Both the position numbers and the translations under genes were made by a program. Source: Spirochaetia bacterium (GTDB taxonomy: Bacteria; Spirochaetota; Spirochaetia; UBA9216). From it: a stretch of 64,000 nucleotides of DNA. The first letter of the stretch is position 1, and each line of letters starts with the position of its first letter. Below the pieces are notes generated by a model. The model searched no databases. It saw only the letters and a list, made by a program, of their open reading frames with translations, and was not told the origin of the DNA. Below are positions 22,037-32,218 of the stretch, piece after piece. Where the stretch lies: NCBI GenBank assembly GCA_963675665.1, contig OY776510.1:3232001-3296000 (forward strand), given 5' to 3'.

Positions 22037-23839
22037 ATGAGTACACCCGAGAAGATAAGAAATTTCTGTATAATTGCGCATATAGATCATGGCAAGTCGA
22101 CTCTTGCGGACAGGTTTATTGAAAAAGCAATGATAATATCCCAGCGGGATTATAAAGACCAGATCCTCGACAGCATGGATATTGAGCGGGAACGGGGAAT
22201 AACCATAAAATCACAGGCTGTGACAATACCGTATAAAGCGGAAGACGGAACTGATTATACACTTAATCTTGTAGATACTCCGGGTCATGTGGATTTTGCA
22301 TATGAAGTTTCAAGGGCAATATCATCCTGTGAAGGAGCTCTGCTGTTGATAGACGCAAGTCAGGGTGTTGAGGCGCAGACCCTGGCCAATCTGTATATGG
22401 CAATGGAATATGATCTTGAAATAATACCGGTAATTAACAAAATCGATCTTCCCAGCGCAGATATTGAAATGGTAAAACACCAGATAGATAATGAACTGGG
22501 CCTGGATGCCGAAATGGCCAGTCTTGTCTCTGCAAAAACAGGGCAGGGCGTTGAAGAATTATTCGCCTCAATCGTAACGCATATTCCGGCCCCAAAAGGT
22601 TTGAAAACTGAACCGTTAAAAGCCCTTATTTTTGATTCGCATTATGATCCGTACAGGGGGGTTATTGTACATATCAGGGTGTTCGAAGGGACCCTGAAAA
22701 CAGGCGATGTCATAAAACTCTGGTCTAGCGCTTCAAGTTACAAGGTTGAAGAGACAGGCGTTTTTAAAGTAATTCTAAGTAAAGCGGAAATGTTAACGGC
22801 TGGGGATGTAGGCTATTTTATCGCCGGAATAAAGAATATTTCCGACATCAGGGTAGGCGATACTGTAACCAGCGTTGCGAGACCCTGTACTGAAGCTTTG
22901 CCCGGTTTCAGGGAAGTAAAACCGGTCGTGTTCTCATCAATTTATCCAGTTGATTCAAATGATTATAATGAACTTTTAAGTTCAATGGAAAAATTAAAGC
23001 TTAATGATGCATCTTTGATCTATGAAAAGGATTCATCAGTTGCACTCGGTTTCGGTTTCCGGTGCGGCTTTCTGGGGTTGCTGCACCTTGAGGTTGTCCA
23101 GGAGCGTCTTGAAAGAGAATTCGATCTTTCAATAGTTCTTACGGCTCCTTCGGTAGCATATAAAGTTGAGATGACAACGGGTGAAAAAATCGTAATTGAT
23201 AATCCTTCAGAATACCCGGAAGCAGTAAAGATAGCATCGACGGAAGAGCCGTATATACGTGCTGAAATTATCTGTCCGCAGGAATATATAGGACCGATTA
23301 TCAATCTGTGTCTGGAAAAGCGCGGAGTACAGACCTCTTTAAATTATCTCGATGAAAAGAGAGTTGAGCTTATCTATGAAATGCCGCTAGCCGATGTTTT
23401 GTTTGATTTTTATGATCGGCTGAAATCAGTAAGCAGGGGATATGCCTCTTTTGATTACGAAATGATAGATTACAGATCAACGGATTTGGTTAAACTTGAA
23501 ATATTGATAAACGGAGATAAGGTCGATGCTCTGTCACAGCTTGTCTTTCGTGAGAATGCAGCAGCGAGGGCAAGGCTTGCCTGCAAGAGGTTGAAAGATG
23601 AAATACCTCGGCATCAGTTTAAAATTGCGCTGCAGGGTTCCATAGGTTCACAGATAATTGCAAGAGAGACCATCTCAGCCTTAAGAAAAGATGTTACGGC
23701 AAAATGTTACGGCGGTGATATCTCCAGAAAAAGAAAACTTCTGGAAAAGCAGAAAGAGGGCAAAAAGCGAATGAAGATGGTCGGTAATGTCGAACTTCCG
23801 CAGAAAGCCTTTCTTTCAGTCCTGAAATCAGAAGATTAA
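22037..23839 (+). CDS. lepA: Translation elongation factor 4
   Basis: 'RNFCIIAHIDHGKSTL', 'RCGFLGLLH', 'KCYGGDISRKRKLLEKQK'. Confidence 0.98.
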   Translation: MSTPEKIRNFCIIAHIDHGKSTLADRFIEKAMIISQRDYKDQILDSMDIERERGITIKSQAVTIPYKAEDGTDYTLNLVDTPGHVDFAYEVSRAISSCEGALLLIDASQGVEAQTLANLYMAMEYDLEIIPVINKIDLPSADIEMVKHQIDNELGLDAEMASLVSAKTGQGVEELFASIVTHIPAPKGLKTEPLKALIFDSHYDPYRGVIVHIRVFEGTLKTGDVIKLWSSASSYKVEETGVFKVILSKAEMLTAGDVGYFIAGIKNISDIRVGDTVTSVARPCTEALPGFREVKPVVFSSIYPVDSNDYNELLSSMEKLKLNDASLIYEKDSSVALGFGFRCGFLGLLHLEVVQERLEREFDLSIVLTAPSVAYKVEMTTGEKIVIDNPSEYPEAVKIASTEEPYIRAEIICPQEYIGPIINLCLEKRGVQTSLNYLDEKRVELIYEMPLADVLFDFYDRLKSVSRGYASFDYEMIDYRSTDLVKLEILINGDKVDALSQLVFRENAAARARLACKRLKDEIPRHQFKIALQGSIGSQIIARETISALRKDVTAKCYGGDISRKRKLLEKQKEGKKRMKMVGNVELPQKAFLSVLKSED

Positions 23840-25455
23840 AGATAACTCAAGGCGTTTAGAATATGATTTCGGAACCAGCTTGCCGAAAAAAGAAATCGTT
23901 TCAAAAAGCTTGGTGATGAGGAAGGCAGCCGGGCAGTGTCGGGAAAGAACAGCCATGTGTAATCAAGGCTAAGCAATTTGGAAGAAATTGTATCGGGCAG
24001 GACGCTGTCATCATCTCTGCAGTTTTGAAATTCAACTACAGAGCTTATGGCTTCATCAATAGATGTTAATTCATCTGCAAGAAAGTTGCGTATGTCATCA
24101 CGATTAAAGTTGTTTTTCGGTGGCGACGACAGTTGTTCTTTGAAACTGCCTTCAGACGGAGCGTTAAGTATTTCGGCGGCTGTTGCCTCCTCCGGTATCT
24201 GCATGGAGATTCCCTGAAGCCCGACTTTTCCGAGATCGTAGATTCGACTGTTAATAGAAACAATAGTATTCAAGGAATCAAGATAAGAACGCATAACCAG
24301 GTCAGTATAAACAAAGCGTCCCGATTTATCGTTAACCTGTTTTCTGTGGCCGTTATATGCTGAATTGAAGAAGCCGGGTTTTCGGGTTCTGTTTTCATTT
24401 ATCATATTTAAAATATGCGTAGGCGAACCTGCAGAATGGTATTTCTCCGGAATGAAAGAGAAATCAAGCCCGGTATAGAGAATATTTTTATCCGTCAGCT
24501 GTAAAGCAATATACAGGGCTGATATTCCGACCGATCCCAAAGGCGGAATAACGGAAGGAAGAAGATTGCGTTGTCCGAGAAGTTTAAAGATCCCGGATTT
24601 CTGGAATTCGGAAACAAAAAAATATTTCTTTCCGCGATATTTTCGGATAAGTTCGGGTGAAGAAGTTAAATCGAAAGCAGCGGGCAACGACAGCGCCTGC
24701 GAATTATAGAAATCATAAAGATTTGCATGCTGTGATTCAACGACGATAACAAGATCAGGTTTTATTTCGTTTTCAAGCAGTGTCGTTATTGCAGTATCCG
24801 CGGCGGCAAGAAAGAAATCTTTCCGGTGTTCTTTCAGAAATGCGATGCTGTACTCAAGTGATTCGCCGGCACCGGCAATAATAACGGGATTGTCGGTTTT
24901 AAGAAATGCCAGGTTATTTGAATCCAATAATAAAGGCAAATTGAGTAAAATATTACGGCACCAAAGTCTTCCCATATGGATAGTAGTCATCCTGTTTTTC
25001 CAGAAAGACTGAAGCAGGGATTCCGAATCTCTCAAAAAATTATCATATTCCTTTCTGTAAAGCATGTATCCATGATTTAACTTTACCGGGATTATCTTTC
25101 GGTATTTCATAAATTGCAGATCATTAAAAAATTGCTTGCAGCAGAAGTCCTTAATACAATAATAGGGGATTTTTGAAAGAAGGCGGTCGTCGGCATTTTC
25201 AAGCGTAAACCTGTATAGGGCAGGGCTATATTCAAAAGCAATAACCGTAGAATCATCATTGATAAATTCGAGAAGCTTTTCAACGCCGTAGAAAAGCAAA
25301 GGCGAAAAAATAAAATATATTGTCTGAGATGTTCGAGGAAGCCCCTCAACGCGTTTTTCCGGCGTTGAGGTTTCATTGTAAAGAAGCCTTCCTTTGAACC
25401 TTATGTTGGGCTTCTGTGAGCCTTGTACAAGTTCAACGGACGGCTTTGCATTCAT
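23836..25455 (-). CDS. DUF115/MAF (motility-associated factor, MptE-like) protein
   Basis: 'IIAGAGESL', 'AADTA', 'IKPDLVIV', 'GSVG', 'GLDFSF' motifs. Confidence 0.75.
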   Translation of the reverse strand: MNAKPSVELVQGSQKPNIRFKGRLLYNETSTPEKRVEGLPRTSQTIYFIFSPLLFYGVEKLLEFINDDSTVIAFEYSPALYRFTLENADDRLLSKIPYYCIKDFCCKQFFNDLQFMKYRKIIPVKLNHGYMLYRKEYDNFLRDSESLLQSFWKNRMTTIHMGRLWCRNILLNLPLLLDSNNLAFLKTDNPVIIAGAGESLEYSIAFLKEHRKDFFLAAADTAITTLLENEIKPDLVIVVESQHANLYDFYNSQALSLPAAFDLTSSPELIRKYRGKKYFFVSEFQKSGIFKLLGQRNLLPSVIPPLGSVGISALYIALQLTDKNILYTGLDFSFIPEKYHSAGSPTHILNMINENRTRKPGFFNSAYNGHRKQVNDKSGRFVYTDLVMRSYLDSLNTIVSINSRIYDLGKVGLQGISMQIPEEATAAEILNAPSEGSFKEQLSSPPKNNFNRDDIRNFLADELTSIDEAISSVVEFQNCRDDDSVLPDTISSKLLSLDYTWLFFPDTARLPSSSPSFLKRFLFSASWFRNHILNALSYL

Positions 25456-25458
25456 CAG

Positions 25459-27012
25459 TTAATTTGAATTGAAAATCCTGGAAAAAACGTTTGTAAAATT
25501 ATCATCGAATTTTTCCGACTGAAAAACAAACTCCTGGTGTTGTCTTCCAAACCAATCCTGTGCGGCATATGCTACAAGAGAAGGAATGGATTCAAGTCCT
25601 TCAGCAGTATCTTTCCGGTTTTTTTCCAAAAGCTGTACAACGAGTACTTTATCGTTAAGAATAAGTGCTTCGGAAATATCGTTGAGTTCAAGTTGATTTA
25701 TACTTTTAAGAAAAAACTCATTGCCGGATGCTGCGGAAAAACTGTCATCATTTTCTGAAGAAGGCTGTGTGAAAATAGGAATGCTCTGGTTATAGTAATA
25801 AACAGAAGGATTTCCGTATATTATCGGAAAAGAATTGGTTTCATAAACGTTTATTCCGGTAGCGGAGGCCGCTTCATCAAAACCTTCGCTATTGGCGAAT
25901 TCAGCGAAATTATCTGCCTTTTCAACAAGGAAGTCCTCAATATCGCCCTTTGCATATCTTTCCATGTAGCTTTTAACCGTTTCAAGAGATGATTCCTTTG
26001 ACATATCAGCATACTCTGAGGGACTGTCGCAACGGTAAATAACCCAGTTGTCGTCACCTTCTATAATATCGCTTATTTCTCCGGTTCCGAGAGCAAAAAT
26101 AGCATCAAGAGCTTCATTATCGCTTATTAGATTTTTAAGTTCGTAATAATACCTGGTCCCCATTTCACCGCCTTTATCGGCATAAGGATCAGTTGACTGT
26201 GTTTTCGCAAGTTCAGTAAACATTCCGGGAGTTTCTTCAAGTTTTGCATATATTTGCTCTGCATCATCAAGACCTGAGTTCACTGTAATTTTACTGATAC
26301 TAACAGACCGGAATAAATCGGCATTCTTTGTGCCGTATTCTTTAATTTTATCATTAGGGAATTCGCTGTAAGCGAAAACCGTATAACGGAATTTTTTCTC
26401 AACCGAAGCAAGATTTTTAAAGAAATCAGCTTCATTGTTGTTCATCAAATTGATGTTGGAATCGGAAATGAATCTGCTGTAGTATAAATCTTCTTCATAG
26501 CGGTCTCTTATATATTTCTTTTCCGTGTTGGAACTCTGAGCATAAAGATTTTCGCTGAATTCACCGTTCTCCATATATGGTCCGTATAAAACGATTGCTT
26601 CATCTACTGCTTCGCTCGAAACCCTTACGCCACTGTTTTTCAGTTCTTTGATAGCTGCAGTTCTGTAAACTGCGTTATTGTACGCAGATCGCCATACCTG
26701 GAACTGAATAAACTGTGCATTTACATCTGTCATAGAATCACGATAATTTTCAGCAATACTGTTTACCTGATCGGCAAAAAAAGAACCTTCATAATAAGTA
26801 ATTTCTTCGCCGTCATAGGAACCGAAAACAAGTCGGTTGCCGGAACTGACTTTACCTGCTACAGGAGCACCTACAAAAGTAATTATAATTACTAAAAGGA
26901 TAATAATTGAAACAACCCACATTACAGGATTATTTTTACGTTTTTTTTCTAAAATCTCTATATTTTCATTTGATAGCTTAGTATTTTTACGTCGCTGGTT
27001 TCTAGATGCCAT
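25459..27012 (-). CDS. SurA/PpiD-like membrane-anchored peptidyl-prolyl isomerase
   Basis: N-terminal TM helix; parvulin motif 'FTELAKTQSTDPYADKGGEMG'; RBS GAGG before ATG 27012. Confidence 0.78.
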   Translation of the reverse strand: MASRNQRRKNTKLSNENIEILEKKRKNNPVMWVVSIIILLVIIITFVGAPVAGKVSSGNRLVFGSYDGEEITYYEGSFFADQVNSIAENYRDSMTDVNAQFIQFQVWRSAYNNAVYRTAAIKELKNSGVRVSSEAVDEAIVLYGPYMENGEFSENLYAQSSNTEKKYIRDRYEEDLYYSRFISDSNINLMNNNEADFFKNLASVEKKFRYTVFAYSEFPNDKIKEYGTKNADLFRSVSISKITVNSGLDDAEQIYAKLEETPGMFTELAKTQSTDPYADKGGEMGTRYYYELKNLISDNEALDAIFALGTGEISDIIEGDDNWVIYRCDSPSEYADMSKESSLETVKSYMERYAKGDIEDFLVEKADNFAEFANSEGFDEAASATGINVYETNSFPIIYGNPSVYYYNQSIPIFTQPSSENDDSFSAASGNEFFLKSINQLELNDISEALILNDKVLVVQLLEKNRKDTAEGLESIPSLVAYAAQDWFGRQHQEFVFQSEKFDDNFTNVFSRIFNSN

Positions 27013-27054
27013 TACGAAATCCTCGGTAAGTAAGTTGTAAAATTCTGACAGCAA

Positions 27055-27083
27055 ACACTATCATGTGACGTTATTTCTGTCAA
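27055..27083 (-). promoter_or_regulatory. Sigma70-type promoter for the PPIase/MAF operon
   Basis: TTGACA-N17-TAGTGT. Confidence 0.55.
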
Positions 27084-27189
27084 CGGAGAGAGTTGAACGA
27101 TTGATTGAAACAGGCTCCCGCCATAAGTTATTTTGTCACTTTTACCGAAAAATTTCGATCCTGCTGGTTCAAATCCACTCGCCAAAGAA

Positions 27190-27226
27190 AAAAAAGACTA
27201 TTCCGGATGAACCGGAATAGTCTTTT
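27190..27226 (-). terminator. Intrinsic terminator after tRNA-Pro
   Basis: AAAAGACTATTCCGG / CCGGAATAGTCTTTT stem followed by a U-run on the minus strand. Confidence 0.8.
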
Positions 27227-27229
27227 CAA

Positions 27230-27301
27230 TCGGGCTGAGTGGATTTGAACCACCGGCCTCGCCGTCCCGAACGGCGCGCGCTCCCCCTGCGCCACAGCCC
27301 G
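27230..27301 (-). tRNA. tRNA-Pro (CGG)
   Basis: Acceptor CGGGCTG/CAGCCCG, anticodon arm CGCCG-TT CGG GA-CGGCG, T-loop GGTTCAAATCC. Confidence 0.92.
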
Positions 27302-27307
27302 AATTGT

Positions 27308-27347
27308 AAATAAAATAAAAGGCCCTTGAAACAGCAGTTTCAAGGGC
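27308..27347 (-). terminator. Terminator-like hairpin between tRNA-Asp and tRNA-Pro
   Basis: GCCCTTGAAAC/GTTTCAAGGGC stem followed by CTTTTATTTTATTT on the minus strand. Confidence 0.6.
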
Positions 27348-27352
27348 AGTGT

Positions 27353-27426
27353 CGGGAGCGACGGGGATTGAACCCGCGATCTCCGGCTTGACAGGCCGGC
27401 GCGATAACCGACTTCGCCACGCCCCC
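27353..27426 (-). tRNA. tRNA-Asp (GTC)
   Basis: Acceptor GGGGGCG/CGCTCCC, anticodon arm CCGGC-CT GTC AA-GCCGG, T-loop GGTTCAATCCC. Confidence 0.95.
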
Positions 27427-27439
27427 TTAAGGTAGCTGT

Positions 27440-27468
27440 AATATATAGGACAACAAAAAAACTGTCAA
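27440..27468 (-). promoter_or_regulatory. Promoter for the tRNA pair
   Basis: TTGACA-N17-TATATT, 14 nt upstream of tRNA-Asp. Confidence 0.65.
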
Positions 27469-27533
27469 TAAGTAATGAAAATTATTTTTAACGTTTTTAG
27501 TTTAAAGGATATGACGCCGAATATGAAAATACG

Positions 27534-28328
27534 ATGAAGAAAACACCGATAATTGTAACAATAATCGCACTTTGCATTACAACAGGTGTCAGTGCGCAGA
27601 ATCCGAGTTATACAATACAGAAAGGCGATACGCTTTACAGCATCAGTAAAAAATACAATATCAAAATTGAAAGTTTAAAGAGTTTTAACAGTATAGACGA
27701 CCCGTCAAAACTGTATCCGGGAATGGAGATAAAAATACCAGGAGGATATACGGTACAGAAGGGCGATACTTTATACAGTATAGCAAAAGAATATAACACA
27801 ACGGTTGCCGAGTTACTTGATTTAAACAGTATGAATGAAGATTCGCTGCTTAAGCAGGGCCAGTTTCTGCATGTTCCGGCTGATGTTAAGGCGGTTACAG
27901 CGGAAGAAAACAATAATTCCGTTGAAACAGAGGAAAAAGCAGAAGTAATCATCAGCGAAACTGAAGTTGCAGAACCTGCAACCGATAGTATCTGGCCACA
28001 TGACGGAAACAGAACCGAAATGACCGGTAAACTCAGGGGTATTCAAATATCCGGAGCTCCAGGAGATGCTGTAGTTTCCGTAGCCGGAGGATTGGTTGTA
28101 TGGGCTTCCAGTTACGGAATCTATAAAAAACTGGTTCTTGTAGAAGGCAGTAACGGTCTTGTCTATGGATACGGAGGCAATGAGTTTGCCAAAGTAAAGG
28201 TCGGCGATTATATATCCGCCGGAAGTGTAATCGGAGTATTAGGGGGCCAGGCCGGTAATTCGAATGCATTCTTCTTTGTTTATAAAGACGGTAAGCCTCT
28301 GGATCCTTCAAAAGCCCCAAGAGTGTAA
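27534..28328 (+). CDS. Two LysM domains plus degenerate M23 domain (NlpD-like)
   Basis: Two 'YTxQKGDTLYSI' LysM repeats; M23-like 'VKVGDYISAGSVIG', 'PLDP'. Confidence 0.85.
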   Translation: MKKTPIIVTIIALCITTGVSAQNPSYTIQKGDTLYSISKKYNIKIESLKSFNSIDDPSKLYPGMEIKIPGGYTVQKGDTLYSIAKEYNTTVAELLDLNSMNEDSLLKQGQFLHVPADVKAVTAEENNNSVETEEKAEVIISETEVAEPATDSIWPHDGNRTEMTGKLRGIQISGAPGDAVVSVAGGLVVWASSYGIYKKLVLVEGSNGLVYGYGGNEFAKVKVGDYISAGSVIGVLGGQAGNSNAFFFVYKDGKPLDPSKAPRV

Positions 28329-28348
28329 ATTAAGGATTATCAGGATAT

Positions 28349-28384
28349 AAAAAAGGGCTGAACATTACTGACAGCCCTTTTTTT
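28349..28384. terminator. Bidirectional intrinsic terminator
   Basis: AAAAAAGGGCTG...CAGCCCTTTTTTT between convergent genes. Confidence 0.8.
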
Positions 28385-28394
28385 GATATTTAAA

Positions 28395-29543
28395 CTAATT
28401 CAAAGAAAGAAGAACTCCCGCAGCTATCGCCGAGCCTATAACACCGGCAACATTCGGTCCCATGGCATTCATGAGAAGGAAATTGCCCGGGTCTTCCTGC
28501 TGGCCTACTTTTTGTACAACACGGGCAGCCATCGGAACAGCGGATACTCCCGCTGCTCCAATCATGGGATTAATCTTTCCGCCGCTTAGTTTGCACATAA
28601 GTTTGCCGAGCAAAACTCCGCCACCGGTACCTATGCCGAAAGCAATACAGCCGAGTACAATTATAAAAATTGTCTGAAAGTTCAGGAAGTGGTCTGCAGA
28701 CATCTTAGAGCCTACAGAAATACCCAGAAAAATGGTTACAATGTTTATAAGTTCATTTTGGGCAGTTTTTGACAGTCTTTCCGTTACTCCGCATTCCTTG
28801 AACAGGTTTCCAAGCATCAGCATGCCGATAAGAGGAGCTGAAGCAGGAATAAGAATTGCAGTTACGACAGTGGTAATTATCGGAAACAGTATTTTTGTCC
28901 GTTTGGATACAGGTTTGGGATCAGCCATCCTGATAAGACGTTCTTCCTTGGTCGTAAGTGCACGTATAATCGGCGGTTGAATGATAGGTACAAGCGCCAT
29001 ATAGGTATAAGCGGCAACAGCAATCGGTCCAAGCAGGTGTGAGGCCAGTTTGGAAGTCAGATAAATGGCCGTTGGACCGTCAGCGCCTCCGATAATCGCA
29101 ATAGAACATGCTTCGGCAAAATTAAAGCCGAGATCATGCGCGGCGAGGAAGGGGATTGTTCCAAGAGCTTTAGCCCCAAGAAGCGTGGCAAAAATACCCA
29201 GCTGTGCAGCTGCACCAAGCAGAAATGTCTGAGGTTTGCCCAAAAGAGGTCCAAAATCAGTCATAGCGCCGATACCCATGAAAATAATCGGCGGGAAAAT
29301 ACCTACCTTTACGCCATAATAGAAATAATAAAGCAAACCGCCATCATCAAGTATTCCGGTCATTGGAAGATTAACCAGAATAGCACCGAATCCGATTGGA
29401 ATCAGCAGAAGCGGTTCATACTGTTTAGCTATTGCAAGGTAGATAAGAAGACCGCCTATTGCCATCATCACGCAGTTTTGCCATGTGATAGCAGAGAAAG
29501 CTGTGCTTTCTAAAAAACTTCTGAATAAATCAATAAAACTCAC
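28395..29543 (-). CDS. mmdB: Na+-translocating decarboxylase beta subunit (OadB/MmdB family)
   Basis: '[12 protein letters not shown]', '[11 protein letters not shown]', '[10 protein letters not shown]', '[12 protein letters not shown]'. Confidence 0.92.
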   Translation of the reverse strand: MSFIDLFRSFLESTAFSAITWQNCVMMAIGGLLIYLAIAKQYEPLLLIPIGFGAILVNLPMTGILDDGGLLYYFYYGVKVGIFPPIIFMGIGAMTDFGPLLGKPQTFLLGAAAQLGIFATLLGAKALGTIPFLAAHDLGFNFAEACSIAIIGGADGPTAIYLTSKLASHLLGPIAVAAYTYMALVPIIQPPIIRALTTKEERLIRMADPKPVSKRTKILFPIITTVVTAILIPASAPLIGMLMLGNLFKECGVTERLSKTAQNELINIVTIFLGISVGSKMSADHFLNFQTIFIIVLGCIAFGIGTGGGVLLGKLMCKLSGGKINPMIGAAGVSAVPMAARVVQKVGQQEDPGNFLLMNAMGPNVAGVIGSAIAAGVLLSLN

Positions 29544-29555
29544 TAACAGCCTCCG

Positions 29556-30044
29556 TTAGCCAATGTCCATTAAGGGTTGACCTTCCGTTACGTTTGCACC
29601 GGGTGCTACATGTATGGCAGTTACAGTTCCTGTGTGGGTAGCGAAAACTTCGATATCCATTTTCATGGCTTCCATAATTATAAGAAGATCTCCGGATTTT
29701 ACAGTTGCTCCCTGAGAAACCTTTACTTCCTTGATAGTTCCTGTAATAGCGGCCTTTTCGGAAGCTCCGCCTGCTGCTGCCGGAGCGGCTGCTGCAGGTG
29801 CGGGTGCGGCAGCAGCTGCCTGAACCGGGGCTGCCGGAGCCGGTGCGGCCTGAACGGGTGCAGCCTGAACGGGTGCACCCGGTGCTGCGGGCGCTGCAGG
29901 AGCAACGGCCGGACCGCCGATAGGCTGTGCAAGGCTTACAAGATAACTATGGCCTTCATTCTCTATTGTCAGTACGTTTCCGTTACGTACTACATTAATG
30001 TCGTATAATTTACCTTCAAATTCAAATTTAATGTTCTTACTCAT
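29556..30044 (-). CDS. mmdC: Biotin carrier (gamma) subunit with Ala/Pro linker
   Basis: 'MEAMKM' biotinylation motif; APVQA tandem repeats in the linker. Confidence 0.9.
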   Translation of the reverse strand: MSKNIKFEFEGKLYDINVVRNGNVLTIENEGHSYLVSLAQPIGGPAVAPAAPAAPGAPVQAAPVQAAPAPAAPVQAAAAAPAPAAAAPAAAGGASEKAAITGTIKEVKVSQGATVKSGDLLIIMEAMKMDIEVFATHTGTVTAIHVAPGANVTEGQPLMDIG

Positions 30045-30049
30045 AAAAT

Positions 30050-30463
30050 TTATGCTCCTGGTGCTGTTTTTGTTACTTTATTGTTACTGACCCATGGGTC
30101 ATATTTTGCTGTTCCGCCGGTTGCCCAGTTAAGGGCTCTTGGCCGTACTGAATCATCTTCCAAAGCGGCTATATATGCTGATACTGCAGCAGGAAGCCAT
30201 CTCGAACAGTTTGAATCAGGAATAGATTCAGCGGCTGCAACTGCTACAAGAACCGGCAGAGGAATGCTGCCGGATGATGCAGTAGTTTCAGTTGCAGTTA
30301 CTGCAACAGTTGCTGCAGGTTTTTTACCTGTATCAATATCCGAGAATTTTCTGATGAGAATCATCAATCCGCTTAAAAGAACAAGTATCAGGAATACTAT
30401 TAATATTCCAAGACCGGATGTCATAAGACTATAACTGAAAAGTTCTTGCATAACTTGCTCCAA
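30050..30463 (-). CDS. mmdD: OadG/MmdD-family membrane anchor subunit
   Basis: 'GLGILIVFLILVLL' TM helix, 'AAVSAY', C-terminal Trp motif; TTG start; operon position. Confidence 0.75.
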   Translation of the reverse strand: MEQVMQELFSYSLMTSGLGILIVFLILVLLSGLMILIRKFSDIDTGKKPAATVAVTATETTASSGSIPLPVLVAVAAAESIPDSNCSRWLPAAVSAYIAALEDDSVRPRALNWATGGTAKYDPWVSNNKVTKTAPGA

Positions 30464-30465
30464 TA

Positions 30466-32016
30466 TTAAAGTGGAATATTGCCGTGCTTTTTTGCAGGCC
30501 TTTCTTCACGTTTGCGGATATTTATTTCAAGAGCACGAATAAGTTCAATCCTTGTATACTCAGGATCAATAATATCGTCAACAAGTCCGAATCCGGCAGC
30601 AACGTAAGGATTCATAAACTGTTCCCGGAATTCTTCAATTTTTTCGGCTCGTTTTGCTTCAGGATCTGCAGCTTCATTTATATCTTTGCGTGAAATGATG
30701 TTTGCCGCGCCTTCTGCTCCCATTACTGCAATTTCTGCAGTAGGATAGGCAAGAACCCTGTCGTATCCGAGAGATTTGGATGACATTGCTATCATGGAAC
30801 CGCCGTATGATTTTCTTATTATAAGAGAAATCTTGGGTACTGTTGCCTCGGCAATTGCGTAAAGAATTTTTGCTCCGTGACGAATAATACCGCCGTGTTC
30901 CTGGGCAATGCCGGGAAGGTATCCCGGGACATCAACGAGCGAAATAACGGGAATGTTAAATGAATCACAGAAACGGATGAATCGTGCGCCTTTATCAGAA
31001 GAGTTGATATCAAGTGAAGCAGCCATATATTTGGGCTGATTGGCAAAAATACCTACGGTTCTGCCGTTGAGCTTCGCAAAACCTACAACTATGCTTTGAG
31101 CAAATTCTTTATGAACCTCAAGGAAAGAATTTGAGTCAAATACTTCATTAATTATGTCGCGAACATCATAAGGTTTTTTTGCTTCATCAGGAACAATGCT
31201 CATAACCCCGGGTGTTCTTCTTTCTACAGAATCTCCGGTATTGGTTACAGGGGCTTCTTCCATATTGTTTGACGGAAGATAATCCATAAGTCTTCTGATG
31301 AATGAAAAACATTCTTCTTCGTTGGCAAATCGGAAATGGGCTACACCGCTTTTTGCGCAATGTGCGCCGGCACCGCCGAGATCTTCATGGGAAATGATTT
31401 CGCCGGTTACAGCTTTTATCACATCCGGACCTGTAATATACATATGGCTGGTACCGTCTACCATAAAGACAAAATCTGTTATAGCCGGAGAATAAACAGC
31501 GCCGCCGGCACAAGGCCCTAGAATGACCGAGAATTGAGGAATAACGCCGGAAGAAAGGGTGTTATTACGGAATATTTTGGCATATCCGTTAAGAGAAAGT
31601 ATTCCTTCCTGTATTCTGGCTCCGCCTGAATCGTTAACCTGAATAAAAGGTGCGCCGTTTTTAAGGGCAAGGCTTTGTGCTTCTGCAATTTTTTCGGCGT
31701 GCATTTCGCCCAAAGAACCGCCTAATACGGTAAAATCCTGTGAGGAAATGAAAATCTGTTTGCCGTTTATTTTGCCGGTACCGGAAACAACACCGTCTCC
31801 GGGAATATGCTTGTCTGCCATTCCGAAATCAGTAGTTCTTCCCTTAATGTATGCCTGACTTTCTACAAATGATCCGTCGTCAAGCAATCCGGTTATACGC
31901 TCACGCGCAGTAAATTTGCCTTTATCGTGCTGTGCTTTGATACGGGTATCGCCCCCGCCTTTGAGCATCTTTGCACGTACTTCTTTAAATTCCTGTAACT
32001 TTTCGTTGTTACCCAT
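30466..32016 (-). CDS. mmdA: Acyl-CoA carboxyltransferase (methylmalonyl-CoA decarboxylase alpha/PccB family)
   Basis: 'QDFTVLGGSLG', 'DSGGARIQEG', 'GPCAGGAVYSPA', 'KKHGNIPL'; gene order A-D-C-B as in mmd operons. Confidence 0.88.
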   Translation of the reverse strand: MGNNEKLQEFKEVRAKMLKGGGDTRIKAQHDKGKFTARERITGLLDDGSFVESQAYIKGRTTDFGMADKHIPGDGVVSGTGKINGKQIFISSQDFTVLGGSLGEMHAEKIAEAQSLALKNGAPFIQVNDSGGARIQEGILSLNGYAKIFRNNTLSSGVIPQFSVILGPCAGGAVYSPAITDFVFMVDGTSHMYITGPDVIKAVTGEIISHEDLGGAGAHCAKSGVAHFRFANEEECFSFIRRLMDYLPSNNMEEAPVTNTGDSVERRTPGVMSIVPDEAKKPYDVRDIINEVFDSNSFLEVHKEFAQSIVVGFAKLNGRTVGIFANQPKYMAASLDINSSDKGARFIRFCDSFNIPVISLVDVPGYLPGIAQEHGGIIRHGAKILYAIAEATVPKISLIIRKSYGGSMIAMSSKSLGYDRVLAYPTAEIAVMGAEGAANIISRKDINEAADPEAKRAEKIEEFREQFMNPYVAAGFGLVDDIIDPEYTRIELIRALEINIRKREERPAKKHGNIPL

Positions 32017-32218
32017 TTTAACCCCCGCAAAGAAGAAATGAAATTATATAATTATAAAACCTACTTATAAAGCAACTAATGTCAACCCTATAGAAGTTTA
32101 ATAGCATAAAAATATAAAATTGTAAATCTAAGATAACTTCAGACATTCTGATATTATCATCAGTTGGTGGTTGCGTAAACAAGAATTGTTGACTTTTTGA
32201 GATTATTTTAAAAGAAAA

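Noticed and set aside
27128-27343. 71-aa ORF, and likewise 11466..11663
   Set aside because: Both overlap tRNA genes.
29770-29910. GC-rich tandem repeats
   Set aside because: They encode the ordinary Ala/Pro linker of the biotin carrier subunit.
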